Source of the DNA: Candidatus Marinacidobacterales bacterium
GTDB lineage: Bacteria > Acidobacteriota > Vicinamibacteria > Marinacidobacterales > SMYC01
Direction of reading: 5' to 3'
Assembly: GCA_965237955.1 (NCBI GenBank)
Contig: OZ250169.1
Span: 7,840,001-7,904,000, forward strand
DNA length: 64,000 nt
The first letter of the stretch is position 1. Each line of letters starts with the position of its first letter. Shown in pieces: positions 47,338-63,438 of the stretch. The position numbers and the translations under genes were made by a program. The notes below the pieces were generated by a model. It did not search any database. It was not told where the DNA came from and worked only from the letters and a program-made list of their open reading frames with translations.

Positions 47338-47670
47338 GGGATGTCCCGGCCGCTGTTGAATTTGGTCGGGTAGCGGCGGCACCTGTGAATACTCTTAGGC
47401 AGCAAACTCATCGCTGTCAAGAGATTTCTGTTTGCTTCTAAGCGCGTGAACGAGAGCGCCCATATGGCGATAGCCTTTGATACGCCGGAACTCTTTCTCC
47501 GCCGTGACGACGCCGAGAGCGGTCCATCGGCGAACCATCGAAGGACTCTTCCAACGCTTGACGTTTCTCGATACTCTGCGAATGGTTCCGTTGAGATTCT
47601 CAATGGCGTTCGTCGTGGCAAGAGACTGGCGAAGTAAGGCGGGCAGCGTGAGCTTCACGACCGTGAGTGT
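47338..47670 (-). pseudogene. IS256-family 3' remnant
   Basis: TTNAIENLN, RNVKRW, FRRIKGY; end AAATTCAACAGCGGCCGGGACATCCC. Confidence 0.85.
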
Positions 47671-48141
47671 CGCCTGCGAAGGTCCGGGCTCGCTGAGGCC
47701 GGACTCAACTAAAACACTCTCCGGAAAATCTGAGGGGTTCACCCTTTTCGTTTGTGATTTCTCCTTTGGGTTCCTCGGTGTTAGCGAATGGCCACAATAG
47801 TACTCGTTGCCATACTTTGGGCACCGTTATACTGTTTTGCCAGTCCTTTACTTCTTCTTGAAAGCTCTCTTTAAAGTACATGTCTGGGATGCGGCTCACC
47901 AGTGCTAGCCAACATTTGCAATCCGGATGTGTCTCTTTCCATTCGATGGCCTTTGGCGTCTTCTTCTCTATTGCGTCCACGATTGCTCTCCGCACCTCTA
48001 CTCCGGGTATGCATCCTTCGTAGCTCATTTCGATACCTATTCGTGGCACTAGCCCTCGTTCTGACTGCGTTTGATGCTGAACCTGCACTAGACCTAGTCG
48101 TACTCCACACTCTAGGGGTGCTTCCGCCATTAAGTGTTGGT

Positions 48142-48263
48142 GGGTACTGTCAAGTTGAGGCATTCAGGGCCGATCCGACCCCAAGATGTTGGCAACGCTG
48201 TGCGCTCAAGCCCCATCATCTAGCGGCCCGCTTCGAGCTTGAGACCTCAACTTGACAATACCC
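48142..48263. mobile_element. 122-bp MITE
   Basis: 19-bp TIR GGGTAYTGTCAAGTTGAGG with one mismatch. Confidence 0.75.
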
Positions 48264-48306
48264 TCCGGTCACCGACCGGCAGTGTAGAATCGGCACCGGG
48301 GGGAAT

Positions 48307-49140
48307 GTGGCTCTCATACACGGCATCGATTTTTCCGGAGACGTACGGATGTGGAGGCCAGGCGTTCGGGGCTCAAACGTCTGGGTCTCAACGGCGCAGG
48401 TACACGAGCAGCTCATGGAGATCATGGAGCTACGGCCGGTCCAGAATCTACCAGGCGGGTCACACCCATTCCAGCGGCTAGTGACATTGCTCGTTAGAGA
48501 CGAATACCGCGCAGCAGGGATTGACGCACCCTTCGCTCTTCCGGCCCGTCACATGCCAGCGGGCGGGTTTCCGATGCTGCTGCAGGATGTCGCACAGTTC
48601 CCGACGGGGAATCGCCCGTTCGCCAAAGGGAAGGAGCTGGTCGCCTACGGGGAAGCGAACGCCTCTCTTGAAGAGCGAAAGCCAATGCGTAAGACGGAGC
48701 ACTTCTGGAGAAAAAGAGGCGTCAATGTCCGGTCGACCTTGTGGAACGGTCCTCGCGGCGGGGCACCCTTCACGGTAGCCAACCTTACACTCCTCGCCCA
48801 GGTAAGACGATCAGTTTGGCCTTGGTCCCGTGCCGTTCCGGGTCTTCTCGTTGAGTCCTTCCCAGCGGGCCAGCTACATCACTGGAACCTACCGCACGAG
48901 GGGTATGACGGACCGGACGGTAAGAGCGCACGAACGACTATTCTCGATGCGCTCTCGCCACGTATCCAGATTCCCGGCTACTTGCGGACGCTCTGCCAAG
49001 ACAGCGCTGATGCACTTGACGCGGTGCTCTGCCTGTTTTCGGCGAAGGCCGCGGCTGATGGCCTCGCAGTCGTTGACGATCCCGCAGCTGCTGAACGCGA
49101 GGGTTGGATCGCCGTACATCCGAGGATAGCGAATGAGTGA
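48307..49140 (+). CDS. DUF429-like RNase H-fold predicted nuclease
   Basis: GIDFSG, GIDAPF, ESFP, DALDAVLC, EGWI. Confidence 0.75.
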   Translation: MALIHGIDFSGDVRMWRPGVRGSNVWVSTAQVHEQLMEIMELRPVQNLPGGSHPFQRLVTLLVRDEYRAAGIDAPFALPARHMPAGGFPMLLQDVAQFPTGNRPFAKGKELVAYGEANASLEERKPMRKTEHFWRKRGVNVRSTLWNGPRGGAPFTVANLTLLAQVRRSVWPWSRAVPGLLVESFPAGQLHHWNLPHEGYDGPDGKSARTTILDALSPRIQIPGYLRTLCQDSADALDAVLCLFSAKAAADGLAVVDDPAAAEREGWIAVHPRIANE

Positions 49141-49860
49141 ATCACAAGATGGAATGCGAAAAGGACTCTCGCTAGGTGTGCTGATTATCGGGTCGCTTTA
49201 CTGGGACCCCGTCCTGTGCCAAAACTCGGCCCTTTTGAAATAGGCCATAAATCAGCAACTTAGTGTCTGTGTTTGCGACCGGGCCAAGGGACGTGGGCTT
49301 TACAATCGTCTTGGGCGGGCGGGTCGTCACCATGCAGATGACCTCCTAGTCGAGAGCGAATATCGAAGCGTGTTCCTGAAGCTGTTTCCACGCTACGCCG
49401 GTCGATCCCGCCGAGGGGCTACCGTCGCCGGCGACCATCTACGCGGCACGGCAGTAGTAGTTGAGAATGCCCCCAAGTCGCTCTCGCGACACGATGGGGC
49501 CAGCGTCATTCGCGCTTGCCGGCAGAGGTGTGAGGAGCTCGTTGCCGAGACCTTGGTGGTTCCGTTCTGTGTGATAGTGCACTACGTATTCGGTTTTATT
49601 TCACCAACACTTAATGGCGGAAGCACCGTCTATTTCAAAAGAGCCGAGTTTCGGCACAGGACACGGTCAAGTACAAGTACAAGGGCGGCAAAGTTCTGAC
49701 CGAAAAGTTATTTATTCGGAGATAGTTATAGAGATTCGGCCTCCCACGACGAAGGGCGCCGGAAATGATTTAGTTGAAACTGGCTCCGCTCCCGGCGAGC
49801 TGGTCTTGAGTTCGTTTGTGTTTTTGGACACGACGCGCATGAGTATTTTGACCTCACGCC

Positions 49861-49890
49861 TTGACATGCTAGACATTTGTCTGGTACGGT
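49861..49890 (+). promoter_or_regulatory. lexA promoter with candidate operator
   Basis: TTGACA-18-TACGGT with palindrome AGACA-TT-TGTCT at 49871-49882. Confidence 0.6.
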
Positions 49891-49895
49891 TAAAC

Positions 49896-50528
49896 GTGCC
49901 CAAGACACCTCCAGGTGAGACACGCGAACGGGTCTACGAGTTCGTCCGGGAGCGCCTGTGGAGCGGCCGACCGCCGACGATCCGGGAAGTGCAACACGCC
50001 TTTCACTTCCGCGCCGTCGAAACGGCACGGGCTCACCTCGAAGCCCTCGTCCAACAAGGTCTCCTGGTGAAACGAAACGGAGAGGCACGCGGGTATGCCC
50101 TCCCCGAGCTCGAGAGCAACCATTTGCCGAGGCTCGTTCCTATTCTGGGGCACGTCCAAGCGGGCGCTCTCAGCACCGCGGTCGAAGATCTCGAAGGCTA
50201 CGTTCCGGTCGAAGCCACCGGCTCCTCGCAAGAGCTCTTCGCTCTTCGGGTCCAGGGCGAGAGTATGACTGGGGCGGGCATCTACCCGAACGATCTCGTC
50301 ATCGTAAAAAGGCAAGCCACGGCGCACTCTGGAGAAATCATCGTTGCACTCGTCGAGGACGAGGCCACGATCAAGCGCCTCCGGATCCGAAACGGCCACA
50401 TCGAGCTCCATCCGGAGAATCCAGATTTCGACATCATCGTCCCGACCCGCTTTCAAAGCTCGATTCTGGGCCGGGTCATCGAGATTCGCAGGTTTTTGGA
50501 CAAAGCCTCGTCACCCATTCGCGATTGA
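49896..50528 (+). CDS. lexA: LexA repressor
   Basis: PPTIREV, LG.V.AG cleavage site, V.GESM, ATIKR; GTG start at 49896. Confidence 0.93.
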   Translation: MPKTPPGETRERVYEFVRERLWSGRPPTIREVQHAFHFRAVETARAHLEALVQQGLLVKRNGEARGYALPELESNHLPRLVPILGHVQAGALSTAVEDLEGYVPVEATGSSQELFALRVQGESMTGAGIYPNDLVIVKRQATAHSGEIIVALVEDEATIKRLRIRNGHIELHPENPDFDIIVPTRFQSSILGRVIEIRRFLDKASSPIRD

Positions 50529-50540
50529 AGTATTACCTTC

Positions 50541-51212
50541 ATGTTCATCTCGCGCGCTTTCGCCAAGGGACTTCTCTCCTCGTCTCCCTCTCTCGCCGAG
50601 AGCGTCAAGCAAGATTGGGGGCTCGCGCAGATGGCGGGCCGCCTCGTTGAGATTTCCGGAGAGCGTGCGTCGGCGAATTTGACGGTCGCGATAGGTCTCG
50701 TGCTCGAAGCCCAACAACGTGGTGAGCATGCGTCCTGGGTGACATTACGGCACAGTACGTTTTTTCCGCCCGATGTGGCCGCCTGCGGCGTTTCATTGAG
50801 GCATTTGGTCACCGTCCGCGTGGAGACGCTTCGTGACGCCACTCGAGCCGTCGTCGAGCTGACGCGCTCGGGCGGCTTCGACCTCGTCGTGCTCGACCGG
50901 GGTCCCGAAGCGCTCCTCGTGGGCAGAAGCTTTTCTCGGCTTTCAAAAAAGAAGCAGTATCGCGAGCGATTCTCGACTCCGCTTCTCACTAAGCTCGCCG
51001 GTTTAGCTCGAAAACATCGAACCGCCGTCGTCGTTCTGACGGAGAAAAACGAGCGGGCGAGCTCATTGAGTTCGCTCATTTCGCTGCGCGCCGAAACCAA
51101 ACGCGACAAGGACGAGCCTTGTCGACTGGAGATTCACTTGTTGAAAGACAAAAGGCGTGGGCCAGGACGACGTCATCACGAGGTATGCCATGCACCGGAT
51201 GGCCTGCGTTGA
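50541..51212 (+). CDS. imuA: ImuA/RecA-like protein
   Basis: GRLVEISG, FFPPD, RSGGFDLVVLD; cassette position. Confidence 0.82.
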   Translation: MFISRAFAKGLLSSSPSLAESVKQDWGLAQMAGRLVEISGERASANLTVAIGLVLEAQQRGEHASWVTLRHSTFFPPDVAACGVSLRHLVTVRVETLRDATRAVVELTRSGGFDLVVLDRGPEALLVGRSFSRLSKKKQYRERFSTPLLTKLAGLARKHRTAVVVLTEKNERASSLSSLISLRAETKRDKDEPCRLEIHLLKDKRRGPGRRHHEVCHAPDGLR

Positions 51213-52686
51213 TATCCCGGCTTTCCCGTTACAGCTCCTGTTCAAGGAGCATCCCGATTGGCGCGAATTTCCCGCCGCCGTCGTCGCCGAAGAAAAGCCT
51301 CAAGCCTTCATCCTTTGGGTCAACGAGAAAGCGAGACATTTCGGGATCCGTCCGGGCCATCGTTACGCCTCCGGGCTCGCACTTTCACGAGAGCTGCGCG
51401 CAGGGGCCATCGGCGACGAGTTTGTTCGAAGAGAAGTTGCAGCGCTCACGGAAAGACTTCGCCAATTCACGCCCGAAGTCGAGCCCGCAGACGAAAAGTG
51501 GCACTCTCCCGGCCTTTTCTGGCTGAACGCTTCGGGTCTCGAGCGGCTGTTCTCCTCGCTTTCCACGTGGGGGCGCAACATCCGTGCCGCGCTCGACGCC
51601 ATGGAGTTTTTTTCTTCGGTAAGCGTGGGCTATACCCGCTTCGGCAGCTATGCCGTGGCTCGTGCTCATCGAGGCCTCACAGTCCTCAAAAGCCGCGACG
51701 AAGAAGAAAGCGCGGCACGCCGCGTGCCGCTCTCACGTCTCGACATTCCACCGGACGCCCAGGAATCCTTTCTCAAGCTCGGGGTGCGCACCGTCGCCGA
51801 TCTGCTCCACTTGCCCGCCAAAGGGCTTTCGAAACGATTCGGTCCCGAAGTCCATGACCTGCATCGTCTCGCGCGCGGAGATCTTTTTGGTCCGCTCGCA
51901 CCCAAGCCTCCGATCGAGCCTCTCGAAGAGCGGATGGAGCTTCCGGGGCCGGAGATCGACAGCGAGCGCCTGTTGTTCTTCATCAAGCGGCTCGTCGATG
52001 CCTTGCTCGAAAAACTCGACGCCAAGAGCCTCGCGTTGACCAGGCTCACCCTGAAGCTCGTGCTCGACGATCGAAGCACTTGTCAAGAAGAGCTTCGCCC
52101 CGACACGCCCACGCTCGATGGCCCCAAACTCTTGGGACTCATCCGGCTGCGGCTCGAGAGCGTGCAGCTTCCTGCTGGAGCGGTCGAGCTCGCCATCGGT
52201 GCCAAAGCATCCCGCAAGAAGAACGAACAACTGTCCTTAGTCACCGATAACCCGAAACGCGATCCTGAGAAAAGGGGGTTGGCCTTAGCGCGACTGCGCG
52301 CCGAGCTCGGAGACCACGCGGTCGTCTGCGCCCAGCTCACCGATGGGCACCTTCCCCGGGCTCGGTTTCAATGGACGCCTCTTACGAGCGCGGTCACCGC
52401 GGAAGTTCCAGCGACCAAGAGTCGTCGAACGCTGATTCGGCGCATCTACGACGCTCCCACGGCGCTTCCTCCGCGTTCCCGTCACGAGCCGGACGGCTGG
52501 ATGCTGCGCGGGCTCGAGTTCGGTCCGGTCCGCGATTTTCTGGGCCCCTACATTCTTTCAGGAGGCTGGTGGAAGCGTACCGTTCAGCGCGAGTACTACT
52601 TCGTGACCATGCAGCAAGGCGACATCTATTGGGTTTTCTACGATCGGTTCCGCCGCTGGTGGTTTCTGGAAGGACACGTGGAATAA
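51190..52686 (+). CDS. imuB: ImuB (inactive Y-family polymerase-like)
   Basis: [16 protein letters not shown]....GWW...REYY; start MHRMAC after RBS. Confidence 0.88.
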   Translation: MHRMACVDIPAFPLQLLFKEHPDWREFPAAVVAEEKPQAFILWVNEKARHFGIRPGHRYASGLALSRELRAGAIGDEFVRREVAALTERLRQFTPEVEPADEKWHSPGLFWLNASGLERLFSSLSTWGRNIRAALDAMEFFSSVSVGYTRFGSYAVARAHRGLTVLKSRDEEESAARRVPLSRLDIPPDAQESFLKLGVRTVADLLHLPAKGLSKRFGPEVHDLHRLARGDLFGPLAPKPPIEPLEERMELPGPEIDSERLLFFIKRLVDALLEKLDAKSLALTRLTLKLVLDDRSTCQEELRPDTPTLDGPKLLGLIRLRLESVQLPAGAVELAIGAKASRKKNEQLSLVTDNPKRDPEKRGLALARLRAELGDHAVVCAQLTDGHLPRARFQWTPLTSAVTAEVPATKSRRTLIRRIYDAPTALPPRSRHEPDGWMLRGLEFGPVRDFLGPYILSGGWWKRTVQREYYFVTMQQGDIYWVFYDRFRRWWFLEGHVE

Positions 52687-52711
52687 GCCGCCTGGCACGA
52701 TCCTCTCTCTC

Positions 52712-55756
<3,045 letters not shown>

Positions 55757-56072
55757 TAATGTTGCGCCTTTACATAAGCTTGATCGGCGAGAACCACGTG
55801 TCCCTTCCCGTCCTGTGCCAAAACTCGGCCCTTTTGAAATAGACCACAAATCAGCAGCTTAGACGCCCTTGGAATCCGCGCAGAATCGAGGGCATTTCGC
55901 GCCGCAGGGCTGACTTACGACCCCTGGGCTGCGGGTGGCGAGCGACAGGCCCACCGGGGGTGCGCACGGCTGGCTCAAATCGGCTGCCGGGCGAGCTACG
56001 GGCAGCGGACTGCGCACCCGGAAGTCCCTCATTAGACTGGACTTTATCGAGCACAAGAGCGAACGTTCGGGG

Positions 56073-56504
56073 ATGCCGCAGGATACAGGGGTTGGCCGGA
56101 ACGTCGTTTTGGACGGTTTGGACTTCGCCAGCTTGCGGCGGGTCTGGGAGCAAACCTTTGGGGCTGCTCCCCCACGCTCGCTCTCGCGTGTTTTCCTGCG
56201 CCGCGTTCTTGCGTACGAACGCCAGTGCCGGACCCATGGCGGGCTTTCGGCTACAACCCGGCGCGCTCTGGCTGCCATGGCGAACGAGACACCAAGCTCC
56301 GGCGCTCTCGCAGGGTCCGTTTCTCCCGGCACCCATCTCGTCCGCGAGTGGAATGGCCGGACCTACCAGGTCGAGGTAATCGACAACGGCTATCGGTTCG
56401 ATGGCAAAACCTATCCGTCCCTCACTACCATCGCAAAGCGAATCACCGGCACCCACTGGTCTGGACCACGCTTTTTCGGTCTGACGCCCAAGCGCAAGGC
56501 CTAA
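56073..56504 (+). CDS. DUF2924-family protein, copy 3
   Basis: Near-identical to the 10223 copy. Confidence 0.88.
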   Translation: MPQDTGVGRNVVLDGLDFASLRRVWEQTFGAAPPRSLSRVFLRRVLAYERQCRTHGGLSATTRRALAAMANETPSSGALAGSVSPGTHLVREWNGRTYQVEVIDNGYRFDGKTYPSLTTIAKRITGTHWSGPRFFGLTPKRKA

Positions 56505-56505
56505 C

Positions 56506-57551
56506 ATGAAGAAGATCCGCTGTGCCATCTATACGCGAAAGAGTGCGGAAGAGGGTCTCGAACAGGAGTTCAACTCCCTCGATGCGCAGCGAGAAGCCTG
56601 CGCCGCGTATGTCGCGAGCCACAAGGCGGAGGGCTGGGTGCTGCTGCCGACTGTCTACGAGGACGCGGGGCTCTCGGGAGGAACCCTGGAGCGCCCGGGC
56701 CTCCAGCGCTTGCTCGCCGACATCGACGCAGGTCTCGTCGAGCAGATCGTGGTCTACAAGGTCGACCGGCTGACCCGTTCCCTCTCCGACTTTGCAAAGC
56801 TCGTCGAGCGGCTCGAGGCGGCCGGCGCGGTTTTCGTCTCGGTGACTCAGTCCTTCAACACCGCGACCAGCATGGGACGACTGACGCTGCATATGCTGCT
56901 GTCCTTCGCACAATTCGAACGCGAGGTCACGGCCGAGCGGATCCGCGATAAGGTCGCTGCCTCCAAGCGCAAGGGACTATGGATGGGCGGCCGCGTACCG
57001 CTCGGCTATGAGAAGGACGAGCGCACGCTGCGCATCAACGAGGCTGAGGCCGAAACGGTCCGGACGCTCTATGCGCTGTACCGAAAGCACGAAACGCTCC
57101 GGCAGGTGAAGGCCGAGGCGGACCGTCTGAGACTGCGCACCAAGCAACGCTTCACCGCTGATGGAACCCGAACGGGCGGGCTGCCGTTCCGTCGCGGACA
57201 CCTCCACTGCCTGCTGACCAATCCTCTCTACGCCGGCCGCATCCGGCACCAGAGGCGTGTCTACGAGGGCCAGCATCCATCGATCATTGCTCCGGAGCTC
57301 TGGGACGCGGTCCAAACGCAGCTGCAGGCAGGGGCTGCCAAACCAAGGAGACGCACGACGAAGGGCCGTGCAGCCCGTTCCCCACTGGCAGGCAAGCTCT
57401 TCGACGAGACCGCGGACCGGCTGACGCCGAGCCACACCAAAAAGAAAAACGGGCAACGGCTCCGCTACTACGTCTCCCGGCGCCTCATCCAGCACAGTGG
57501 CCAAAAGGACCTCTCCGGCTGGCGACTGCCCGCACCCATGCTGGAACAGAC
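56506..57551 (+). pseudogene. Large serine recombinase truncated by IS3
   Basis: YTRKS, NPLYAG, GQH..II, LAGKLFD, RYYVS. Confidence 0.9.
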
Positions 57552-58863
<1,312 letters not shown>

Positions 58864-59237
58864 GTACCAACGCAGAAGCGTAGCGGGTGTGGCAACGGAC
58901 GCAATCTGGGCCAGCGCCTCGCGGCCCAAAGCCTGGGCCTTGACCGCGAGCCTGCGCCGGTCGTCGTCCGAGAGCCTGAGACGCTTGCCCCGAAGCCCGG
59001 CTCGGAGCACACGGTTCTCCTCTTGCAGGTAGTCGATCACATCCTGCTGCTGGCGGTTGACCCAGCCAGCTAGAACGAGCAATAGGAATTGCACGTGGTA
59101 CGTCATCATGGATCTGAAGATAACACCCTCGGGCCAGACGATTGTAAAGCCTACGGCCCTTGGCCCCGGCGCAAACACAGACACTAAGCTGCTGATTTAT
59201 GGCCTATTGCAAAAGGGCCGAGTTTTGGCACAGGACG
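58864..59237 (-). mobile_element. Left-end fragment of the 'A' IS
   Basis: Matches ~35853-36226. Confidence 0.9.
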
Positions 59238-59314
59238 CGGTCAAACCTCTGCGAGTCACCCCGGCAGAGCCGGGGGTTTACCTGTGATAATTAAAGATCC
59301 AGGGGACTAGTGGC

Positions 59315-60778
59315 ATGAGCACATCCAAAGAAGAGTTCACGTCTCGATGGGGGATCCTGCTGACCTCGATCGGCATGGCGGTCGGCACCGGGAACATCTG
59401 GCGTTTTCCACGAGTTGCCGCCGCGAATGGAGGAGGATCGTTTCTCATCCCCTGGGTGATCTTCCTGTTCGCGTGGGCGATCCCGCTGCTTCTCGTCGAG
59501 TTCGCTCTCGGCAAGACCACCCGCCGCGGCCCGGCGGGCGCCGTTGGAACGTTGATAGGAGAACGCTACAACTGGTTGGGCGTTTTCGTGGGACTGGTGA
59601 CGTGCTTCATCATGTTCTATTACTCCGTCGTCACCGGGTGGTGTCTGAAGTACTTTACCGTTTCCTTGGGCACGGTGTTCTCCGCCGACAATGCCGAGAG
59701 TTACTGGACGCGATTCACTAGTGATCCCATCCAACCGGTCATCTTCCACGCCATAGCACTCGCTATAGGATGCTCCATCATTTATAGAGGCGTCGTCCGT
59801 GGTATCGAGCGGACCAACCGCATCCTCATCCCGGCGCTTTTCGTGCTCCTCATCATCGCGGCCATCCGTGCGGTCACTCTTCCCGGGGCCGTGAAAGGCC
59901 TGGCCTATCTGTTCACGCCGAACTGGGAAGACCTCGGAAACTACCAAGTCTGGCTGGCAGCGCTAACCCAATCCGCGTGGAGCACCGGGGCGGGCTGGGG
60001 CCTGGTGACGACCTATGGCGTGTACTTCCGCAAGAAAGACACGTTCACGCTGACGACGCTCACGACCGCGTTCGGCAACAGTTCGGCTTCGCTTCTCGCC
60101 GGCATCGCGGTGATGTGTACCGTCTTCGCCCTTCTTCCCGAAGACCAGGCCTCGGCCGCTCTCGCTGCCGGCAACGAAGGCCTGACGTTCATCTGGATGC
60201 CGCAGCTTTTCTCGTCGATGCCCGGAGGGCGAATCTTTCTCCCCATTTTCTTCCTCGCGCTGAGCTTCGCGGCGATTTCTTCGCTCATCGCCATGCTCGA
60301 AATGGCGTCCCGCATGATGATGGACCTGGGTTTTTCGCGCGCCCGCGCCGTGCCCACGGTCGGCGTGGTGTCGTTCGTGCTCGGCCTTCCCTCGGCGTTT
60401 TTCATGGGCTTTTTCAAGAATCAGGATTGGGTCTGGGGCATCGGCCTCATGTTCTCCGGTTTCTTCATCGCGGTGACCGTCATCAAGTATGGAGCGGCGA
60501 AATTCCGGGAGGAGCTCATCAACACCGAAGATGAGAAGCATCCGATCGGTAGCTGGTTCGTGTGGGCCATCTCGATCGTCGTGCCGCTCGAGTTTCTTGC
60601 CATGCTGGCATGGTGGTTCTACCAATCGGCGACGCAATTCGATCCCGATGGCTGGTGGAAGCTCCGGAGTGAATCGAGCGTTGGGACCGCCGTCATCCAA
60701 ATTTCGGTGCTCGTCGTCGTGGTTGTCATCACCAACACCTACTGGGTCCACCGCCTGAAAAAGAGTAGCGGATCGTGA
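59315..60778 (+). CDS. Sodium-dependent transporter (NSS/SNF family)
   Basis: GMAVGTGNIWRFP, GGGSFL, FYYSVV.GW. Confidence 0.95.
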   Translation: MSTSKEEFTSRWGILLTSIGMAVGTGNIWRFPRVAAANGGGSFLIPWVIFLFAWAIPLLLVEFALGKTTRRGPAGAVGTLIGERYNWLGVFVGLVTCFIMFYYSVVTGWCLKYFTVSLGTVFSADNAESYWTRFTSDPIQPVIFHAIALAIGCSIIYRGVVRGIERTNRILIPALFVLLIIAAIRAVTLPGAVKGLAYLFTPNWEDLGNYQVWLAALTQSAWSTGAGWGLVTTYGVYFRKKDTFTLTTLTTAFGNSSASLLAGIAVMCTVFALLPEDQASAALAAGNEGLTFIWMPQLFSSMPGGRIFLPIFFLALSFAAISSLIAMLEMASRMMMDLGFSRARAVPTVGVVSFVLGLPSAFFMGFFKNQDWVWGIGLMFSGFFIAVTVIKYGAAKFREELINTEDEKHPIGSWFVWAISIVVPLEFLAMLAWWFYQSATQFDPDGWWKLRSESSVGTAVIQISVLVVVVVITNTYWVHRLKKSSGS

Positions 60779-60960
60779 GCTTGGAGCTCGCGGAGAAGGA
60801 CAAAGCACTCCTCGCGGGCGAACTCGGTCGTGCTGCGAAGATGGCGATGTCCATCCTCGTGCGCATGGCCGACGTGTACCGCGCGGAGCGCATGCTCGAC
60901 ATCACCGGCGCTCACGTCGACAGCACCATCTACGTTGGCGACGCTGGGCTCGAGTTCAGA
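60775..60960 (+). pseudogene. Aconitase X (DUF521) N-terminal fragment
   Basis: G.AAKMAM.IL, ITGAHVDSTIY.G.AGLEF, then divergence. Confidence 0.75.
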
Positions 60961-61182
60961 TCAGATCCTCTTCGGTCTGGCTTTCATTGGGCGTCTTCCT
61001 CGTCGGAAAAAGGTTGAAAACGTCCCGGACGGAGGCTTCGATGGCGTCCTGTGCCAAAACTCGGCCCTTTTGAAATAGGCCATAAATCAGCAACTTAGTG
61101 TCTGTGTTTGCGACCGTGCCAAGGGCCGTGGGCTTTACAATCGTCTTGGGGCGTAGCCTCGTCTTAGCCCCAAAGTTCATGA

Positions 61183-61907
61183 TTACACTGCCTCAGCTTT
61201 CCAACGAACCGAGCCCAGTTCGATTGGCAACGCCTTGATCAGATCGTTAAGCCCATCAAGGTCATTGGTCACCTTTTTGTGAACGTAGGGAGTCAAAAGC
61301 CCAGGCACTGGTGCCACGTCGGCGTAGCGGAGAGTGATAATCGCGAACTTCTTGCCCTTCTTGCGCTTCTGAAGGACCGCATAGTCAACCTCTGTAGCCA
61401 AGTATTTTTCGTCGGTGAAACGTTCGGTGATGAAAAATATCGCGGCGCAAGACTCTTCGAATCCTTGCAAAAGCTCCCGCTCTAAGTTCGCACCAGCGGA
61501 CATTTCCGGCTCATCAAGCCAAGGATTGAAGCCGAGGGTTTTCAGAGCGTGGTAGTAGCGGTAGACGAGTGGCTTGTCGATGGACTTGTGGCTTAGAAAA
61601 ATTCGAACTTGGCGAGGGCGCGGAATACGACTGAGGGGAACGGCCTGCACAGCGCGCGCCTCCGGCGTCGCCAAATCGGCGGCGTCGCCAAGTCGCTGGG
61701 ACAGAACTTCTGCAAACGGGCGGAGCACGAGCGTCTGGAAAAACTCAACTGCCTCATCACGCTCGCGCTTCCCGTAGACAAGGCCCAATTCGAAGATCCG
61801 GATATCGTTTTCCCTAGCAGATCTAATAACCCGATAGCGCAGCACGAGCTCCTCATCTTGATCTGAAGGGAACGAAATTTTCGTCCTGCGATCTGTCGCA
61901 CCGACCC
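61183..61907 (-). CDS. TIR-domain protein, 5'-truncated
   Basis: RIFLSHKS.DK, GFNPWLDE, EVDYA; begins at tip 61908. Confidence 0.82.
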
Positions 61908-62107
61908 CGTCCTGTGCCAAAACTCGGCTCTTTTGAAATAGGCTACAAATCAGCAACTTAGTGTCTGTGTTTGCGACATCCCAAAGGGCCGTAGGCCGGC
62001 TGTGCCTTCTATTTATTCATCCGGGCGCCCCAAACTTGATTAGTCTCCGGTCTGCCGGCACCATGCCTGCTTGATTTCGTCGTTTGTTCGCGCTCTCATC
62101 TCCGCCT

Positions 62108-63192
62108 GGCGTTGTTGCACGGCCCGGAGCAAATCGCTGACCTCCCTGTGCCGGTTGCAGAGTCACCCGGCGCAGTACGTATCGGGCATCCCGAGCGCAG
62201 CCATCTTGTTGAGTATCTCGCACCCAATTCGGTGTTCAACTCGTTGCCTCGCCAACGTTCGAGCCCGCATCTCCGGCCCGATGATCGCCTTGTAACGATA
62301 GACCGCGTTCTCCGCCATGCTTCGCTTGGTGTAGCCTGAGAGCTTGTACCATTCACGTCGGCCGTGTCTTTCGATTGCACGAATATGGCGATCGCGCTCC
62401 TGCATGGCGGTGTTCGAATTCTGACTGAGCGTCGCGTTTCGTTGCGGCGGAATCACCACGCGCGTCCTTCGTCCAGGACTGTGCGCTTCGATGGCTTCGT
62501 AGACCGCTTCCTTGTCGTATGCACTGTCCGCCGCCACCGACACTAGAGGTGCTTGAATCTGTGTTAGCAAAGCGGGGACTCGGGTTGCGTCGCGAGCGCG
62601 TGACGCCGTCAGTTCGGACGCAACAATGTTCCCTGTCTCGCGATCAACGGCGATGTGCAACTTGCGCCATGCGCGCTGCTTTGGCGGTTTGCGGGCGTTT
62701 CCAACATGAATCCTCAAGCCCGTGCTATCGATCATCAGGTGGATGGGTTGAGTGCTCGCGGCTTTCGGAATCCGCAGCTTCTTGCGGAGCAACCTCGAGC
62801 GCCGACACAACGTCGAGTAGTCCGGGATCTCGATACCGAGCCCGAGAAGCGAGGCGATCGAGTGCAAGAAGCCTTCGGTTTGTCGGTAGGCGAGCTTGTA
62901 CACCATCCGGACAACCAGGCCCGTTTCAATCGCCATGTCTGAATAGACCCGTTGACCGCCAGGCTTACCGGTCTTGTCGGCCTTCCAGTTCGCGATTGCC
63001 TCCTCGTCAAACCAGACTGTCAAATCGCCCCGGCGGCGCAGCCCTTCGTTGTATTCCGCCCAGTTGTGAACGTGGTACTTCTTCTGCTTCGCGTGCTTGT
63101 ACTGGCAGCGCTTGGGATACTTCATGCTCGAACATACCTCGGCCACCACCATAGGCGGATTTCGCTCTCAGCCAGAGCGGTGCAACAACGCC
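62108..63192 (-). mobile_element. IS903-group copy 3 (transposase 62163-63152)
   Basis: Same TIRs and protein as copies 1 and 2. Confidence 0.93.
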
Positions 63193-63209
63193 GATGAAAG
63201 TCGTCGAGC

Positions 63210-63337
63210 ATCGAACACTGCACCCGTATCCCGAACAGCGACTGCGCGTCATGACCTGAGGTAGGAGCCCAGTGCGTTAGCAGCGCTCGCTGGGATCTGT
63301 GCGGGGGGCCGCCCGTAAGGGCGGTCCCTACCGCGAA
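63210..63337 (+). ncRNA. Group II intron 3' remnant (IEP tail + domains V-VI)
   Basis: LHPYP...stop, then GAGCCCAGTGCG..CGCTCGCTGGGATC (DV, AGC triad) and GGGGGCCGCCC-GTAA-GGGCGGTCCCTACCGCGA (DVI). Confidence 0.85.
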
Positions 63338-63438
63338 AGACCGACCCCCAAGATACTAGGCTCAAGCCCGTGGTGAACCCACCATGCTGCGCATCAGAAA
63401 CGGCCGTCAGCCTCAACTTGACGATGCCGGTAAAAAGG

